Shown: positions 37,074-45,552 of the stretch, in pieces
Numbering within the stretch: position 1 is the stretch's first letter
Layout: each line of letters opens with the position of its first letter
From: Candidatus Omnitrophota bacterium
GTDB taxonomy: Bacteria > Omnitrophota > Gorgyraeia > Gygaellales > Profunditerraquicolaceae
Assembly: GCA_028715415.1 (NCBI GenBank)
Contig: JAQURX010000012.1
Location: 1-62,536 of the forward strand
Length of the DNA: 62,536 nt
Direction of reading: 5' to 3'
Made by a program: the position numbers and the translations under genes
Notes under the pieces: model-generated
The model's input: the letters and a program-made list of their open reading frames with translations, nothing else
What the model was told of the DNA's origin: nothing
The model's database searches: none

Positions 37074-37117
37074 CGCACCTTGGCATAAAGGATTGCCAAG
37101 TGCGCCCTTGGTAGGGC
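37074..37117 (+). promoter_or_regulatory. 5'-leader with mutually exclusive hairpins upstream of the flavodiiron gene
   Basis: Hairpin 1 pairs 37074..37084 with 37093..37102. Hairpin 2 pairs 37102..37106 with 37113..37117. The alternative pairing is CCAAG (37095..37099) with CTTGG (37106..37110). Confidence 0.3.
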
Positions 37118-37142
37118 GAATTGGTATTCAGGGAGGCATAAA

Positions 37143-38336
37143 ATGTCAATTCAAGAGATTCTACCTAATATTTATTCAGTTGGAGTGGTTGATTGGAATG
37201 TGCGCACTTTTCACGGGCATACTTATTCCACAAACAGAGGCACTACCTATAATGCCTATCTTATTATTGATGAGAAGAATGCTTTGGTAGATACAGTTTT
37301 AGGCACTTTTTCCAAGGAATTAATTGAAAACATAAAGAAAATTATTCCTGTTGAGAAAATTGACTATATTATCGCTAATCATGTGGAGACCGATCATTCG
37401 GGTGCGCTTCCAGAGATATTAAAACTTTGCCCTCAAGCAAAGATATTTTGTACGCAAAAGTGTAAAGAAGGCTTGTATAAGAATTATTACGGAAATTGGG
37501 ATTTTCAAATAGTTAAAACCGGGGATAAACTGAATTTAGGGAAAAGAAATTTAAGTTTCATCGAAGCCCCGATGATCCACTGGCCGGATAGTATGTTTAC
37601 TTATTGCCCGGAAGAAGAATTACTTCTGCCCAATGATGCTTTTGGGCAGCATTATGCTACAGTCGAGCGTTTCGCGGACGAAGTTGACCAATGTGCTTTA
37701 ATGGATGAAGCGGCAAAATACTACGCGAATATCCTCTGGCCTTTGGGAGCGATAATATTAAAGAAGATTGAAGAAATACAGAGAATGAATATCCCGATAA
37801 AAATTATTGCTCCCAGCCACGGATTGATTTGGCGCAAAGAAGCTTTAAAAATAATTAATTCATATGTTTCGTGGGCAAAGAATGAAACTAAGCAAAAAAT
37901 AATAGTTGCGTATGAGACTATGTGGGGAGCAACAGAAAAAATTGCACGATCGATTATTGAAGGGATAGTTGATTCCGGGGTAAGTGTTAAACTTTATGAT
38001 GTTGCAACAGCTGACCGGACGGAAATTATCAAAGACATGCTTGATGCTAAAGGATTTTTATTCGGATCATCTACTCATGATAATGATATGCTCCCAAGTA
38101 TGGCAGGATTTCTGGAATTCGTTAAAGGATTAAAGGCCAAAAATAGGGTTGCCGGAGCATTCGGTTCCTGCGGTTGGGCAGGGGGAGCTGTAAAGGAAAT
38201 AGAGGCAGTTTTGAAAGAAGGTGGCATTGATTTGGCTCTATCAGGGATAGAATTTAAGTACGTCCCGGATGATTCTGAATTGAAGCTTTGTTATGAGTTT
38301 GGAAAGAGTTTTTCCGCAAAAATAAAAGAGGGTTAA
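37143..38336 (+). CDS. fprA: Flavodiiron protein (rubredoxin:O2/NO oxidoreductase)
   Basis: Has a metallo-beta-lactamase-like N-domain with HVETDHSG and a C-terminal flavodoxin domain. A GGGAGG SD is present. Confidence 0.9.
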   Translation: MSIQEILPNIYSVGVVDWNVRTFHGHTYSTNRGTTYNAYLIIDEKNALVDTVLGTFSKELIENIKKIIPVEKIDYIIANHVETDHSGALPEILKLCPQAKIFCTQKCKEGLYKNYYGNWDFQIVKTGDKLNLGKRNLSFIEAPMIHWPDSMFTYCPEEELLLPNDAFGQHYATVERFADEVDQCALMDEAAKYYANILWPLGAIILKKIEEIQRMNIPIKIIAPSHGLIWRKEALKIINSYVSWAKNETKQKIIVAYETMWGATEKIARSIIEGIVDSGVSVKLYDVATADRTEIIKDMLDAKGFLFGSSTHDNDMLPSMAGFLEFVKGLKAKNRVAGAFGSCGWAGGAVKEIEAVLKEGGIDLALSGIEFKYVPDDSELKLCYEFGKSFSAKIKEG

Positions 38337-38345
38337 GAAAAGTTT

Positions 38346-38819
38346 ATGAAGAAGTTGAATAATGATTTGCTTCATTTCTTCCGCGAACAGGGCTGTGTTG
38401 TAGTTGTAAGTATTGATAAGAATGGGTTTCCTCACGGATCATGCAAGGGTATTGTGCATGTAAATCGTAACGGAAAAGTCTATTTATTTGATCTGTATAG
38501 GGGCAAGACTCACGAGAATCTGTTGCGTAACCATCATGTTAGCATCATCGCTTTTGATGAGCATAAATTTATCGGGTATTGCCTTAAAGGAAAAGCAAAG
38601 GTTTCTCCGGAAATAAAACTTAATTCAAAGATTGTTAAAGCCTGGGAAGAGAGAATTGCAACCAGGATTACGCACAGGCTTTTAAAGAATATTAAAGAAG
38701 ACAAGGGGCTTGCGGCTCATCCGGAGCTTGCGTTACCGAAGCCAAAACACCTTATTATTATGGACGTAGAGGAGGTAGTTAACCTATCTCCGGCACCAAT
38801 TAAAACAAATAAAGGATAA
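38346..38819 (+). CDS. Pyridoxamine-5'-phosphate-oxidase-like FMN-binding split-barrel protein
   Basis: Assignment rests on size and on the pattern of the beta-barrel region (VVVSIDKNGFPHGSCKG..VYLFD). Confidence 0.5.
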   Translation: MKKLNNDLLHFFREQGCVVVVSIDKNGFPHGSCKGIVHVNRNGKVYLFDLYRGKTHENLLRNHHVSIIAFDEHKFIGYCLKGKAKVSPEIKLNSKIVKAWEERIATRITHRLLKNIKEDKGLAAHPELALPKPKHLIIMDVEEVVNLSPAPIKTNKG

Positions 38820-38823
38820 GAAA

Positions 38824-39300
38824 ATGGGTAATATTTTTGCTGTAAGCGAGATTGTGGAGATTGGAATCCAGATTGAAAAGAACGGAAAGGATTTTTATAA
38901 TGCTTTATCCAACCGTTTGGATAATGCAAAAATAAGAGACGTATTTAAATACCTCGCCGGAGAAGAAGAAAAGCATATTGTTGTTTTTCAAAAGATTCTC
39001 GGTGGAATTGAGAAGTATGAACCTGTTGAGAGCTTCCCCGGAGAAAATCTCAGCTATATTAATGCTTTGGCTTCAGAGTATATTTTTACAAAGAAAGACA
39101 AGGGGGTAGAAGCTGCTAAAAACCTGAAAACAGATAAAGAGGCTGTTGATAAAGGTGTAGAGTTTGAAAAAGATTCTATTGTTTTTTATGAAGGAATGAA
39201 GAAATTGATTCCTGATTACGATATAAAGGTTATAGAGGAATTGATTAAACAAGAACAGTCTCATTTATTGCAGCTACTTGAGCTAAAAAGCAAATTATAA
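38824..39300 (+). CDS. Ferritin-like diiron protein (rubrerythrin family, no rubredoxin domain)
   Basis: Has two E..ExxH-type pairs: EIGIQIE..EEEKH and EFEKDS..EQSH. Confidence 0.65.
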   Translation: MGNIFAVSEIVEIGIQIEKNGKDFYNALSNRLDNAKIRDVFKYLAGEEEKHIVVFQKILGGIEKYEPVESFPGENLSYINALASEYIFTKKDKGVEAAKNLKTDKEAVDKGVEFEKDSIVFYEGMKKLIPDYDIKVIEELIKQEQSHLLQLLELKSKL

Positions 39301-39333
39301 ACCTAAGGGTCAGTACAAAAAAGAGAGGTTAAT

Positions 39334-39570
39334 ATGGGGAAAAGTGTTAAGGTTTACTCAACTCCGACTTGCCCGTGGTGTATAAGGACAAAACAATTCT
39401 TAAAAGACAATAATATTAATTTTGAGGACATTGACGTTTCTTCCAACCAATCCTCTGGTGAAGAGATGATTAAAAAATCGGGTCAGATGGGGGTTCCGGT
39501 TTTGGATATTGATGGCGAAATTATTATCGGCTTTGATAAAGAAAAGATTAAACAGGCTTTGGGGTTATAG
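39334..39570 (+). CDS. Glutaredoxin/NrdH-like small redoxin
   Basis: Has the CPWC active site, is 78 aa long and carries a GVPVL motif. Confidence 0.75.
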   Translation: MGKSVKVYSTPTCPWCIRTKQFLKDNNINFEDIDVSSNQSSGEEMIKKSGQMGVPVLDIDGEIIIGFDKEKIKQALGL

Positions 39571-39575
39571 CAATT

Positions 39576-40487
39576 ATGCATGAATTAATTATTATCGGAG
39601 CTGGGCCGGCAGGGATTACTGCTAGCGTATATGCCGCACGCAAGAATATGGATTTTATTCTAATTAGCAAAGATATCGGTGGCCAGGCAGCTTGGAGCGG
39701 GGATGTTGAGAATTATACAGGGTATCAATTTATTACCGGCCCTGAGTTGGCAAAGAAGTTTGAAGAACACATGCGTAAGTATGAGATTAATTTAAAAGAA
39801 AATGAAGCTGTGTTAGAATTAAATAAGGAGAATGATAAATTTATCGTTAAAACTAATAAAGCAGTTTATGAATCAAGGACAGTTATTATTGCTGCCGGGA
39901 AAAGAAGCAGAGAGTTAAATGCTTTAGGAGAAAATGAGTTTAAAAATAAGGGGTTGACTTATTGCGCGACTTGCGATGCACCTTTGTTTAAAGGCAAGAC
40001 TGTTGCAGTTATCGGGGGAGGGAATTCTGCCCTAGACGCAGCTTTGCAATTAACAAAGATTGCAAAGCATGTGTTTGTGATAAATATCTCTTCCGGCCTT
40101 GGTGGAGACGCGATAATGCGCTCGAAATTGGAAGAAGCCAGCAATGTTTCTATTCTAAATAATTCTAAGGTAACGGAAATCTTAGGGGGAAATTTTGTTT
40201 CGGGGATTAAAGTAGGAAATGAATCTGGGGAAAAAATCTTGGATGTAGAAGGGGTGTTTGTAGAGATCGGATTGTTGCCAAATTCTGAATTTACCAAAGA
40301 TATTGAAAAAAACAGTCTTGGCGAGATAAAAGTAAATTACCATAATGAAACAAATATTCCCGGGATATTTGCTGCGGGTGATGTTACTGATGTTCCTGAG
40401 AAACAGATTATTATCGCTGCCGGGGAAGGTTCAAAAGCCACGCTTAGTGCATTTAGATATCTTGCCCAAAACAGGTTTAAAACTTAA
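39576..40487 (+). CDS. trxB: Thioredoxin-disulfide reductase family flavoprotein
   Basis: Carries IIGAGPAG, the redox-active CATCDA, GGGNSA and GDV motifs. Confidence 0.85.
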   Translation: MHELIIIGAGPAGITASVYAARKNMDFILISKDIGGQAAWSGDVENYTGYQFITGPELAKKFEEHMRKYEINLKENEAVLELNKENDKFIVKTNKAVYESRTVIIAAGKRSRELNALGENEFKNKGLTYCATCDAPLFKGKTVAVIGGGNSALDAALQLTKIAKHVFVINISSGLGGDAIMRSKLEEASNVSILNNSKVTEILGGNFVSGIKVGNESGEKILDVEGVFVEIGLLPNSEFTKDIEKNSLGEIKVNYHNETNIPGIFAAGDVTDVPEKQIIIAAGEGSKATLSAFRYLAQNRFKT

Positions 40488-40533
40488 AAATAACGAATTA
40501 AATTAAGTTTCTATTCCATATAAACATATTTTG

Positions 40534-40542
40534 TGATAGAAT
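40534..40542 (+). promoter_or_regulatory. Extended -10 promoter element TGATAGAAT
   Basis: Lies 35 nt upstream of the ATG at 40577. Confidence 0.45.
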
Positions 40543-40576
40543 TTAAGAAAAGAGGTTAGATTTTCCTAAAATACAT

Positions 40577-40960
40577 ATGGATAAAAAAAGAATATTGATA
40601 GTTGATGACGAGCCTGATTTCGGCAATATGGTGAAGATGATTCTTGAGCATACCAATGAATATAAGGTATTAGCTCTGCAAGATGCCAAGAATCTTATTT
40701 ACCATGTTCATGCTTTTAATCCTCAATGCGTGCTTTTAGATCTTTTGATGCCTGGTATCGGCGGCATGGAAGCCATAGAAATATTAAATAATGATCCTGT
40801 TGGAAAAATAACTCCCATAATTGTCCTTTCAGCACTGGATAAGAAAACTGATAAGGTAAAAGCTTTTAGTTTGGGGGTTGTTGATTATCTGGTTAAGCCG
40901 GTAGAAAACAGCCAGATAATTGCCTCGATTGAAAGAGCCATTAAGTCCAAGTCTGTATAA
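40577..40960 (+). CDS. Single-domain CheY-like response regulator
   Basis: Begins MDKKRILIVDDE and carries LLDLLMPGIGG and VKP. Confidence 0.8.
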   Translation: MDKKRILIVDDEPDFGNMVKMILEHTNEYKVLALQDAKNLIYHVHAFNPQCVLLDLLMPGIGGMEAIEILNNDPVGKITPIIVLSALDKKTDKVKAFSLGVVDYLVKPVENSQIIASIERAIKSKSV

Positions 40961-40973
40961 ACAATCTTTCCTT

Positions 40974-41387
40974 ATGTCCCACAGAACAAAATTTAACGAA
41001 TTAAAAAAAATCTTTCAAATATTGCATGGGCCTAAGGGTTGCCTTTGGGATAAGAAGCAAACTCATAAATCACTTTTGCCTTATCTTAAAGAAGAATCGG
41101 AGGAATTTATCCATGAGGTAAAAAGAGGAAGCCCCCTTCATATGAAAGAAGAGTTGGGGGATATATTACTTCAAGTTATGTTTCATGCGCAGATTGCGTC
41201 AAAGGAAAATAAGTTTGACATAGAAGACGTAATAGATGTATTGATTAAAAAATTGAAAAGACGGCATCCACATGTGTTTGGCAATGTAAAAGTAAAATCC
41301 AGCCGGCAAATCACCCGTAATTGGAATAAGATTAAGGCCTTAGAAAGAATGCAAAGTCATGTTAAGGCACAAAAAACTAAAAAATAA
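40974..41387 (+). CDS. mazG: MazG-family nucleoside triphosphate pyrophosphohydrolase
   Basis: ATG at 40974. CLWDKKQTHKSL..EESEEF..ELGDILLQV has the EExxE..ExxD pattern. RHPHVFG is also present. Confidence 0.8.
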   Translation: MSHRTKFNELKKIFQILHGPKGCLWDKKQTHKSLLPYLKEESEEFIHEVKRGSPLHMKEELGDILLQVMFHAQIASKENKFDIEDVIDVLIKKLKRRHPHVFGNVKVKSSRQITRNWNKIKALERMQSHVKAQKTKK

Positions 41388-41396
41388 AAAATAAAC

Positions 41397-41448
41397 TTGA
41401 CAAAGTAGGAAAATATTGTATACTCTACTATTATGATAGAGATAATAG
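41397..41448 (+). promoter_or_regulatory. Promoter TTGACA-16-TATACT followed by inverted repeat CTATTAT-N7-ATAATAG
   Basis: TTGACA lies at 41397..41402 and TATACT at 41419..41424. The inverted repeat at 41428..41448 covers the expected transcription start. Confidence 0.55.
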
Positions 41449-41455
41449 GTGAGAG

Positions 41456-41896
41456 ATGCGGTTAACTTATAAGGGTGATTACGCCTTAAAGACAATTTTA
41501 GACTTGGCTTTGCACTATGGAGAAAAACCGGTGACTATCCATCAGCTTGCAAAAAGGGCGGATATCCCGATTAAATTCTTAGAGCAAATTCTTTTGCAAT
41601 TAAAAAGAGCGGGTTTTGTCGAGAGCAGGCGCGGTAAAGTAGGCGGGTACCTGCTTTTCAAACATCCATCAAAGATAACCCTAGGAGAGGTGGTTAGATT
41701 TATTGATGGGCCGGTAGAGCCTATTATCTGTGTGCAACATAATTACAAAGGCTGCCGGGATTTAAACAAATGTGTTTTTAGAAAAATCTGGCAGAAGGTT
41801 TCAGAATCAACTTCAAAAATAATTGATAACATAACTTTTGATGATCTTGTGAAAGAAAATAAAAAAGGAAACTCAAGTTTTATCTATCAAATTTAA
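41456..41896 (+). CDS. Rrf2-family transcriptional regulator (CymR/IscR-like)
   Basis: Has the wHTH ([14 protein letters not shown]) and the motif C-x7-C-x5-C ([15 protein letters not shown]). Confidence 0.85.
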   Translation: MRLTYKGDYALKTILDLALHYGEKPVTIHQLAKRADIPIKFLEQILLQLKRAGFVESRRGKVGGYLLFKHPSKITLGEVVRFIDGPVEPIICVQHNYKGCRDLNKCVFRKIWQKVSESTSKIIDNITFDDLVKENKKGNSSFIYQI

Positions 41897-41907
41897 GAAG
41901 GGAAAGA

Positions 41908-42828
41908 ATGAAGATCGCTAAGGATATAACAGAATTAATTGGGAACACTCCATTAGTAAAATTAAATAGGCTAACCAAGGATTGCCAGGCAACTATTTTG
42001 GGGAAATTGGAATTTTTTAATCCTTGCTCATCAGTAAAAGACAGGATTGGATTAAGCATGATTGAGCAGGCTGAAAAAGAAGGCAAGATTAAGAAGGATA
42101 CAGTTATTATTGAACCAACCTCCGGAAATACCGGTATTGCATTGGCTTTTGTTTGTGCTGTAAAAGGCTATAAGTTAATTTTAACCATGCCGGAGACCAT
42201 GAGTATGGAACGAAGGCAGCTCTTAACTGCTTTTGGCGCTACGATTATCCTTACTCCCGGAGAAGAAGGCATGCGCGGAGCGGTAAAAAAAGCGGAGGAG
42301 TTAGCTGATTCTAACAAAAATTATTTTATACCTCAGCAATTTAATAATCCTGCCAATGTCCAGGCGCACAGGCTTACTACTGCGCAGGAGATTTGGCGTG
42401 ATACCGAAGGAAAGGTTGATTTTTTAGTTGCAGGAGTAGGTACTGGTGGTACAATTACAGGTATAGGCGAGGTTATCAAGAAAAAGAAGAGTAGTTTTAA
42501 AGTAATCGCTGTTGAGCCGCAAGATTCTCCTGTTTTATCGGGTGGTAAACCCGGATTGCATAGAATACAGGGAATCGGAGCAGGTTTTGTCCCGCAAGTT
42601 CTAAATACCAAGATTATTGATGAGATAATCCAGGTTTCTAATGATGAAGCCTATGAAACAGCAAGAAGATTGGCAAAAGAAGAAGGCCTTTTAGCCGGGA
42701 TTTCCTCCGGAGCTGCAGTGTTTGCGGCATTAGAAGTTGCGAGAAGGAAAGAAAATAAAGGCAAGGTTATTGTGGTAATTTTGCCAGATACCGGTGAGCG
42801 GTATCTGAGCATGGAGCTGTTTGTATAA
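41908..42828 (+). CDS. cysK: Cysteine synthase A (O-acetylserine sulfhydrylase)
   Basis: Has the PLP-lysine context [10 protein letters not shown] and the motifs TSGNTG and [10 protein letters not shown]. Confidence 0.9.
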   Translation: MKIAKDITELIGNTPLVKLNRLTKDCQATILGKLEFFNPCSSVKDRIGLSMIEQAEKEGKIKKDTVIIEPTSGNTGIALAFVCAVKGYKLILTMPETMSMERRQLLTAFGATIILTPGEEGMRGAVKKAEELADSNKNYFIPQQFNNPANVQAHRLTTAQEIWRDTEGKVDFLVAGVGTGGTITGIGEVIKKKKSSFKVIAVEPQDSPVLSGGKPGLHRIQGIGAGFVPQVLNTKIIDEIIQVSNDEAYETARRLAKEEGLLAGISSGAAVFAALEVARRKENKGKVIVVILPDTGERYLSMELFV

Positions 42829-42844
42829 TAAAAAGGGAGATAAA

Positions 42845-43066
42845 ATGAGAGAAAAAGTAGAGAAGGCTTTAGAGAAGATTAGGCCGATGCTTGCAGCAGA
42901 TGGCGGCAATATAGAATTAGTAGAAGTTACTGCAGACGGCATAGTAAAGGTAAAATTGACTGGCAGCTGCGGATGTTGTCCGATGAGCCAGCTTACTCTT
43001 AAAATGGGAGTAGAAAAAATCTTAAAACAGGAAGTCCCCGAAGTAAAAGAGGTAGTTGCTTTATAG
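42845..43066 (+). CDS. NifU C-terminal-domain (Nfu-type) Fe-S scaffold/carrier
   Basis: The ATG at 42845 follows AAGGGAGA. Carries IRPMLAADGGNIELV and the CGCC..MS CxxC region. Confidence 0.8.
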   Translation: MREKVEKALEKIRPMLAADGGNIELVEVTADGIVKVKLTGSCGCCPMSQLTLKMGVEKILKQEVPEVKEVVAL

Positions 43067-43093
43067 AATTTTTTTCGCGGAGAAATTAATACC

Positions 43094-44296
43094 ATGAGAA
43101 CGATTAAAGAAATAAATGAAAAGATTAAAAAAGGTGAAGTTGTAGTAGTTACTGCCGAAGAAGTAATTGATTTGGTTAAAGAAAAAGGCATAAAGAAGGT
43201 AGCAACGGAAGTAGATGTTGTTACTACAGGCACCTTTGGCCCTATGTGTTCGTCCGGAGCATATTTTAATATCGGGCACTCAAAGCCAAGGATAAAAATT
43301 GGCGGAGGCACATGCAATATCAATGATGTGCCTTGTTATACCGGTTTTGCCGCTGTAGATATTTATCTGGGAGCAACTGCTGTGCCTGACGACGATCCTC
43401 GTAATAAAGTTTTCCCCGGAGAATTTAAGTATGGAGGAGCCCATGTAATACATGAGCTAGTTGCGGGTAAAGATGTCCGTCTTGACGCTACAGCATATGG
43501 GACTGATTGTTATCCGCGCAAGAAGTTAGAAACATTGCTTAATATTAAAGATTTGAATGAGGCGGTTTTGTTTAATATACGCAATTGCTATCAGAATTAT
43601 AATGTTGCGGTTAATTTATCCGATAAAGCAATCTATACCTACATGGGAATGCTTAAACCGAATTTAGGCAATGCTAATTATTGTTCAGCGGGGCAACTTT
43701 CGCCGCTCTTGAAAGACCCGTATTATAAAACTATTGGCATTGGGACAAAGATTTTTTTAGGTGGTGGGATTGGCTATGTTGCTTGGCATGGGACGCAACA
43801 TAATCCTTTAGCTGCCCGTAAGGAAAACGGCATTCCTCAAGCACCTGCAGGGACTCTTGCAGTAATTGGAGATTTAAAAGGGATGAAGCAAGAGTGGTTA
43901 GTCGGAGTTAGCATGTTAGGCTATGGCGTAAGTTTGGCTGTCGGAATAGGCGTGCCAATACCTATATTAAATGAAGATATCTTAAAATATGCTTCTGCTA
44001 AAGATGAGGATATTTATGCGCAGGTTGTTGATTATAGCAATAATTATCCGCAGGTCATTTCAGGAAGCTTAGCTGAGGTGAACTATGCGCAATTAAAATC
44101 AGGAAAGATTAATTTACGCAGTAAAGATGTTCCTACGGGAAACCTTTCCAGTTATTCAAAAGCGCGTAAAATCGCCGAATCCCTTAAGGAATGGATTAAA
44201 AAGGGAGAGTTTTCTTTAACAGAAGCTGTGGCGCCTTTGCCGCAAGTTGAGTCAGGCTATACTTGTAAATTGTTAAAAGAGCGACCCGTAGTATAA
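43094..44296 (+). CDS. COG1900/DUF39 homocysteine-biosynthesis protein (aspartate-semialdehyde sulfurtransferase-like)
   Basis: 400 aa and paired with a NIL-ferredoxin gene, as for Methanosarcina acetivorans MA1821/MA1822. Family recognition is by overall pattern (VTTGTFGPM..). Confidence 0.7.
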   Translation: MRTIKEINEKIKKGEVVVVTAEEVIDLVKEKGIKKVATEVDVVTTGTFGPMCSSGAYFNIGHSKPRIKIGGGTCNINDVPCYTGFAAVDIYLGATAVPDDDPRNKVFPGEFKYGGAHVIHELVAGKDVRLDATAYGTDCYPRKKLETLLNIKDLNEAVLFNIRNCYQNYNVAVNLSDKAIYTYMGMLKPNLGNANYCSAGQLSPLLKDPYYKTIGIGTKIFLGGGIGYVAWHGTQHNPLAARKENGIPQAPAGTLAVIGDLKGMKQEWLVGVSMLGYGVSLAVGIGVPIPILNEDILKYASAKDEDIYAQVVDYSNNYPQVISGSLAEVNYAQLKSGKINLRSKDVPTGNLSSYSKARKIAESLKEWIKKGEFSLTEAVAPLPQVESGYTCKLLKERPVV

Positions 44297-44317
44297 AATT
44301 TGACAGGGAGAAATTAA

Positions 44318-44725
44318 ATGGTAACTAAGCGGATAGTGCTTCATTTCCCTCGCAGGCTTGTTGACCAGCCGATTGTTTACAAGCTTGTTAAGGAATACGA
44401 CCTTAGATTCAATATCTTAAAAGCCTCGGTTACCCCTCAGGAAGAGGGGCTTATGGTTTTGGAGTTAAGCGGGAAAAAAGAGAGTTTTGAAGAAGCGATG
44501 AAATACTTGGCTTCTTGCGGAGTAAACGTTCAGCCCCTAAGCCAGGATGTTATCCGTAATGAAGATAAATGTACAAATTGCGGAGTTTGTGTCCCGATTT
44601 GTCCAGTAAGTGCGCTTGTGGTTGATCCAAAAACACGCAAAGTAGTCTTTGATAATAAAAAATGCATTGCCTGTGAACTTTGCGTTAAGATTTGCCCGCC
44701 CCGCGCAATGGAAGTGCGCTTTTAA
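44318..44725 (+). CDS. NIL-domain plus 2x[4Fe-4S] ferredoxin protein
   Basis: Has an N-terminal NIL-like domain (PIVYKLVKEYDLRFNILKA) and the motifs CTNCGVCVPICP and CIACELCVKICP. Confidence 0.75.
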   Translation: MVTKRIVLHFPRRLVDQPIVYKLVKEYDLRFNILKASVTPQEEGLMVLELSGKKESFEEAMKYLASCGVNVQPLSQDVIRNEDKCTNCGVCVPICPVSALVVDPKTRKVVFDNKKCIACELCVKICPPRAMEVRF

Positions 44726-44743
44726 TCTATTCTTAATTTTGCA

Positions 44744-45544
44744 ATGAACAAATTAGATAAATTAAAATCCATATTACAAACGATGGACTCCGTATTAATT
44801 GCTTTCTCAGGAGGGTTGGATAGCACGTTTCTTTTAAAAGCAGCCACTCTTTCTTTATCTAAGTCAAAAATACTTGCCGTTACTGCGGATTCTGCAACAT
44901 ATCCAAGAGAAGAGTTACGATTAGCCAAGGAAATTGCCGATAGCTTAGGAGTTAAGCATAAAATTATCAAGACGAACGAATTAGAGAGTAGTAAATTTGT
45001 TTCTAATCCTGTTAACCGCTGCTATTTTTGTAAGAAAGAGCTTTTTATAAAACTAAAGGCTATTGCTAAGAAATCCAAATTAAATTTTGTGGCAGATGCC
45101 AGCAATGCTTCTGATAAATTAGATTTTAGGCCAGGCAATGCCGCTAAAAAGGAATTAAAGATCCGTTCTCCGCTTCAAGAAGCAGGATTTACGAAAGAAG
45201 ATATCCGGAAGTTTAGCAGAAAATTAAAACTTGTTACTTGGGATAAGCCAAGCCTTGCTTGTCTTGCTTCAAGAATTCCTTATGGGGTTAAGATTACGCC
45301 TAAAGCTTTAAATAAAATTGACAATGCTGAATTGGAAATAAAGAAATTAGGTTTCCGGCAGGTTAGGGTAAGGCATTATAACGATCTTTGCCGTATTGAG
45401 GTCGAGAAAAATCAGCTTAGCCGTCTTCTTGATAAGCGCAATCTTCTGGTCGACAAGCTAAAAAAATTGGGCTATAATTATATCACTGTAGATTTGGAAG
45501 GATACCGTACGGGAAGCCTTAATGAAGCATTTCTAAAAAAATAG
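44744..45544 (+). CDS. LarE-like PP-loop ATP-dependent sulfurtransferase (TIGR00268-type)
   Basis: Carries the SGGLDS PP-loop, CYFCKKELF and PSLACLASRIPYG. That makes three Cys residues in the positions discussed for cluster-binding LarE homologues. Confidence 0.7.
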   Translation: MNKLDKLKSILQTMDSVLIAFSGGLDSTFLLKAATLSLSKSKILAVTADSATYPREELRLAKEIADSLGVKHKIIKTNELESSKFVSNPVNRCYFCKKELFIKLKAIAKKSKLNFVADASNASDKLDFRPGNAAKKELKIRSPLQEAGFTKEDIRKFSRKLKLVTWDKPSLACLASRIPYGVKITPKALNKIDNAELEIKKLGFRQVRVRHYNDLCRIEVEKNQLSRLLDKRNLLVDKLKKLGYNYITVDLEGYRTGSLNEAFLKK

Positions 45545-45552
45545 GTGAGAAA

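Noticed and set aside
37093-37290. A 65-aa ORF overlapping the fprA leader and start. The same applies to the small overlapping + strand ORFs at 10550..10768, 2548..2730 and 47509..47712.
   Set aside because: They are out of frame with and nested in or overlapping well-supported genes. They have alternative (TTG) or SD-less starts and no recognisable motifs.
42730-43323. A 197-aa minus-strand ORF. There are similar long antisense ORFs at 5931..6356, 23994..24416, 48012..48464, 54262..54723 and 56084..56533.
   Set aside because: Each lies fully antisense to a confidently recognised + strand gene (cysK/nfu/COG1900, carA, copA, birA, uppP, yqeY). The translations are low-complexity and S/T/F/I/L-rich, with no SD or recognisable motif. 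They are the expected by-product of purine-rich sense codons. The 42730..43323 ORF even runs across an intergenic gap.
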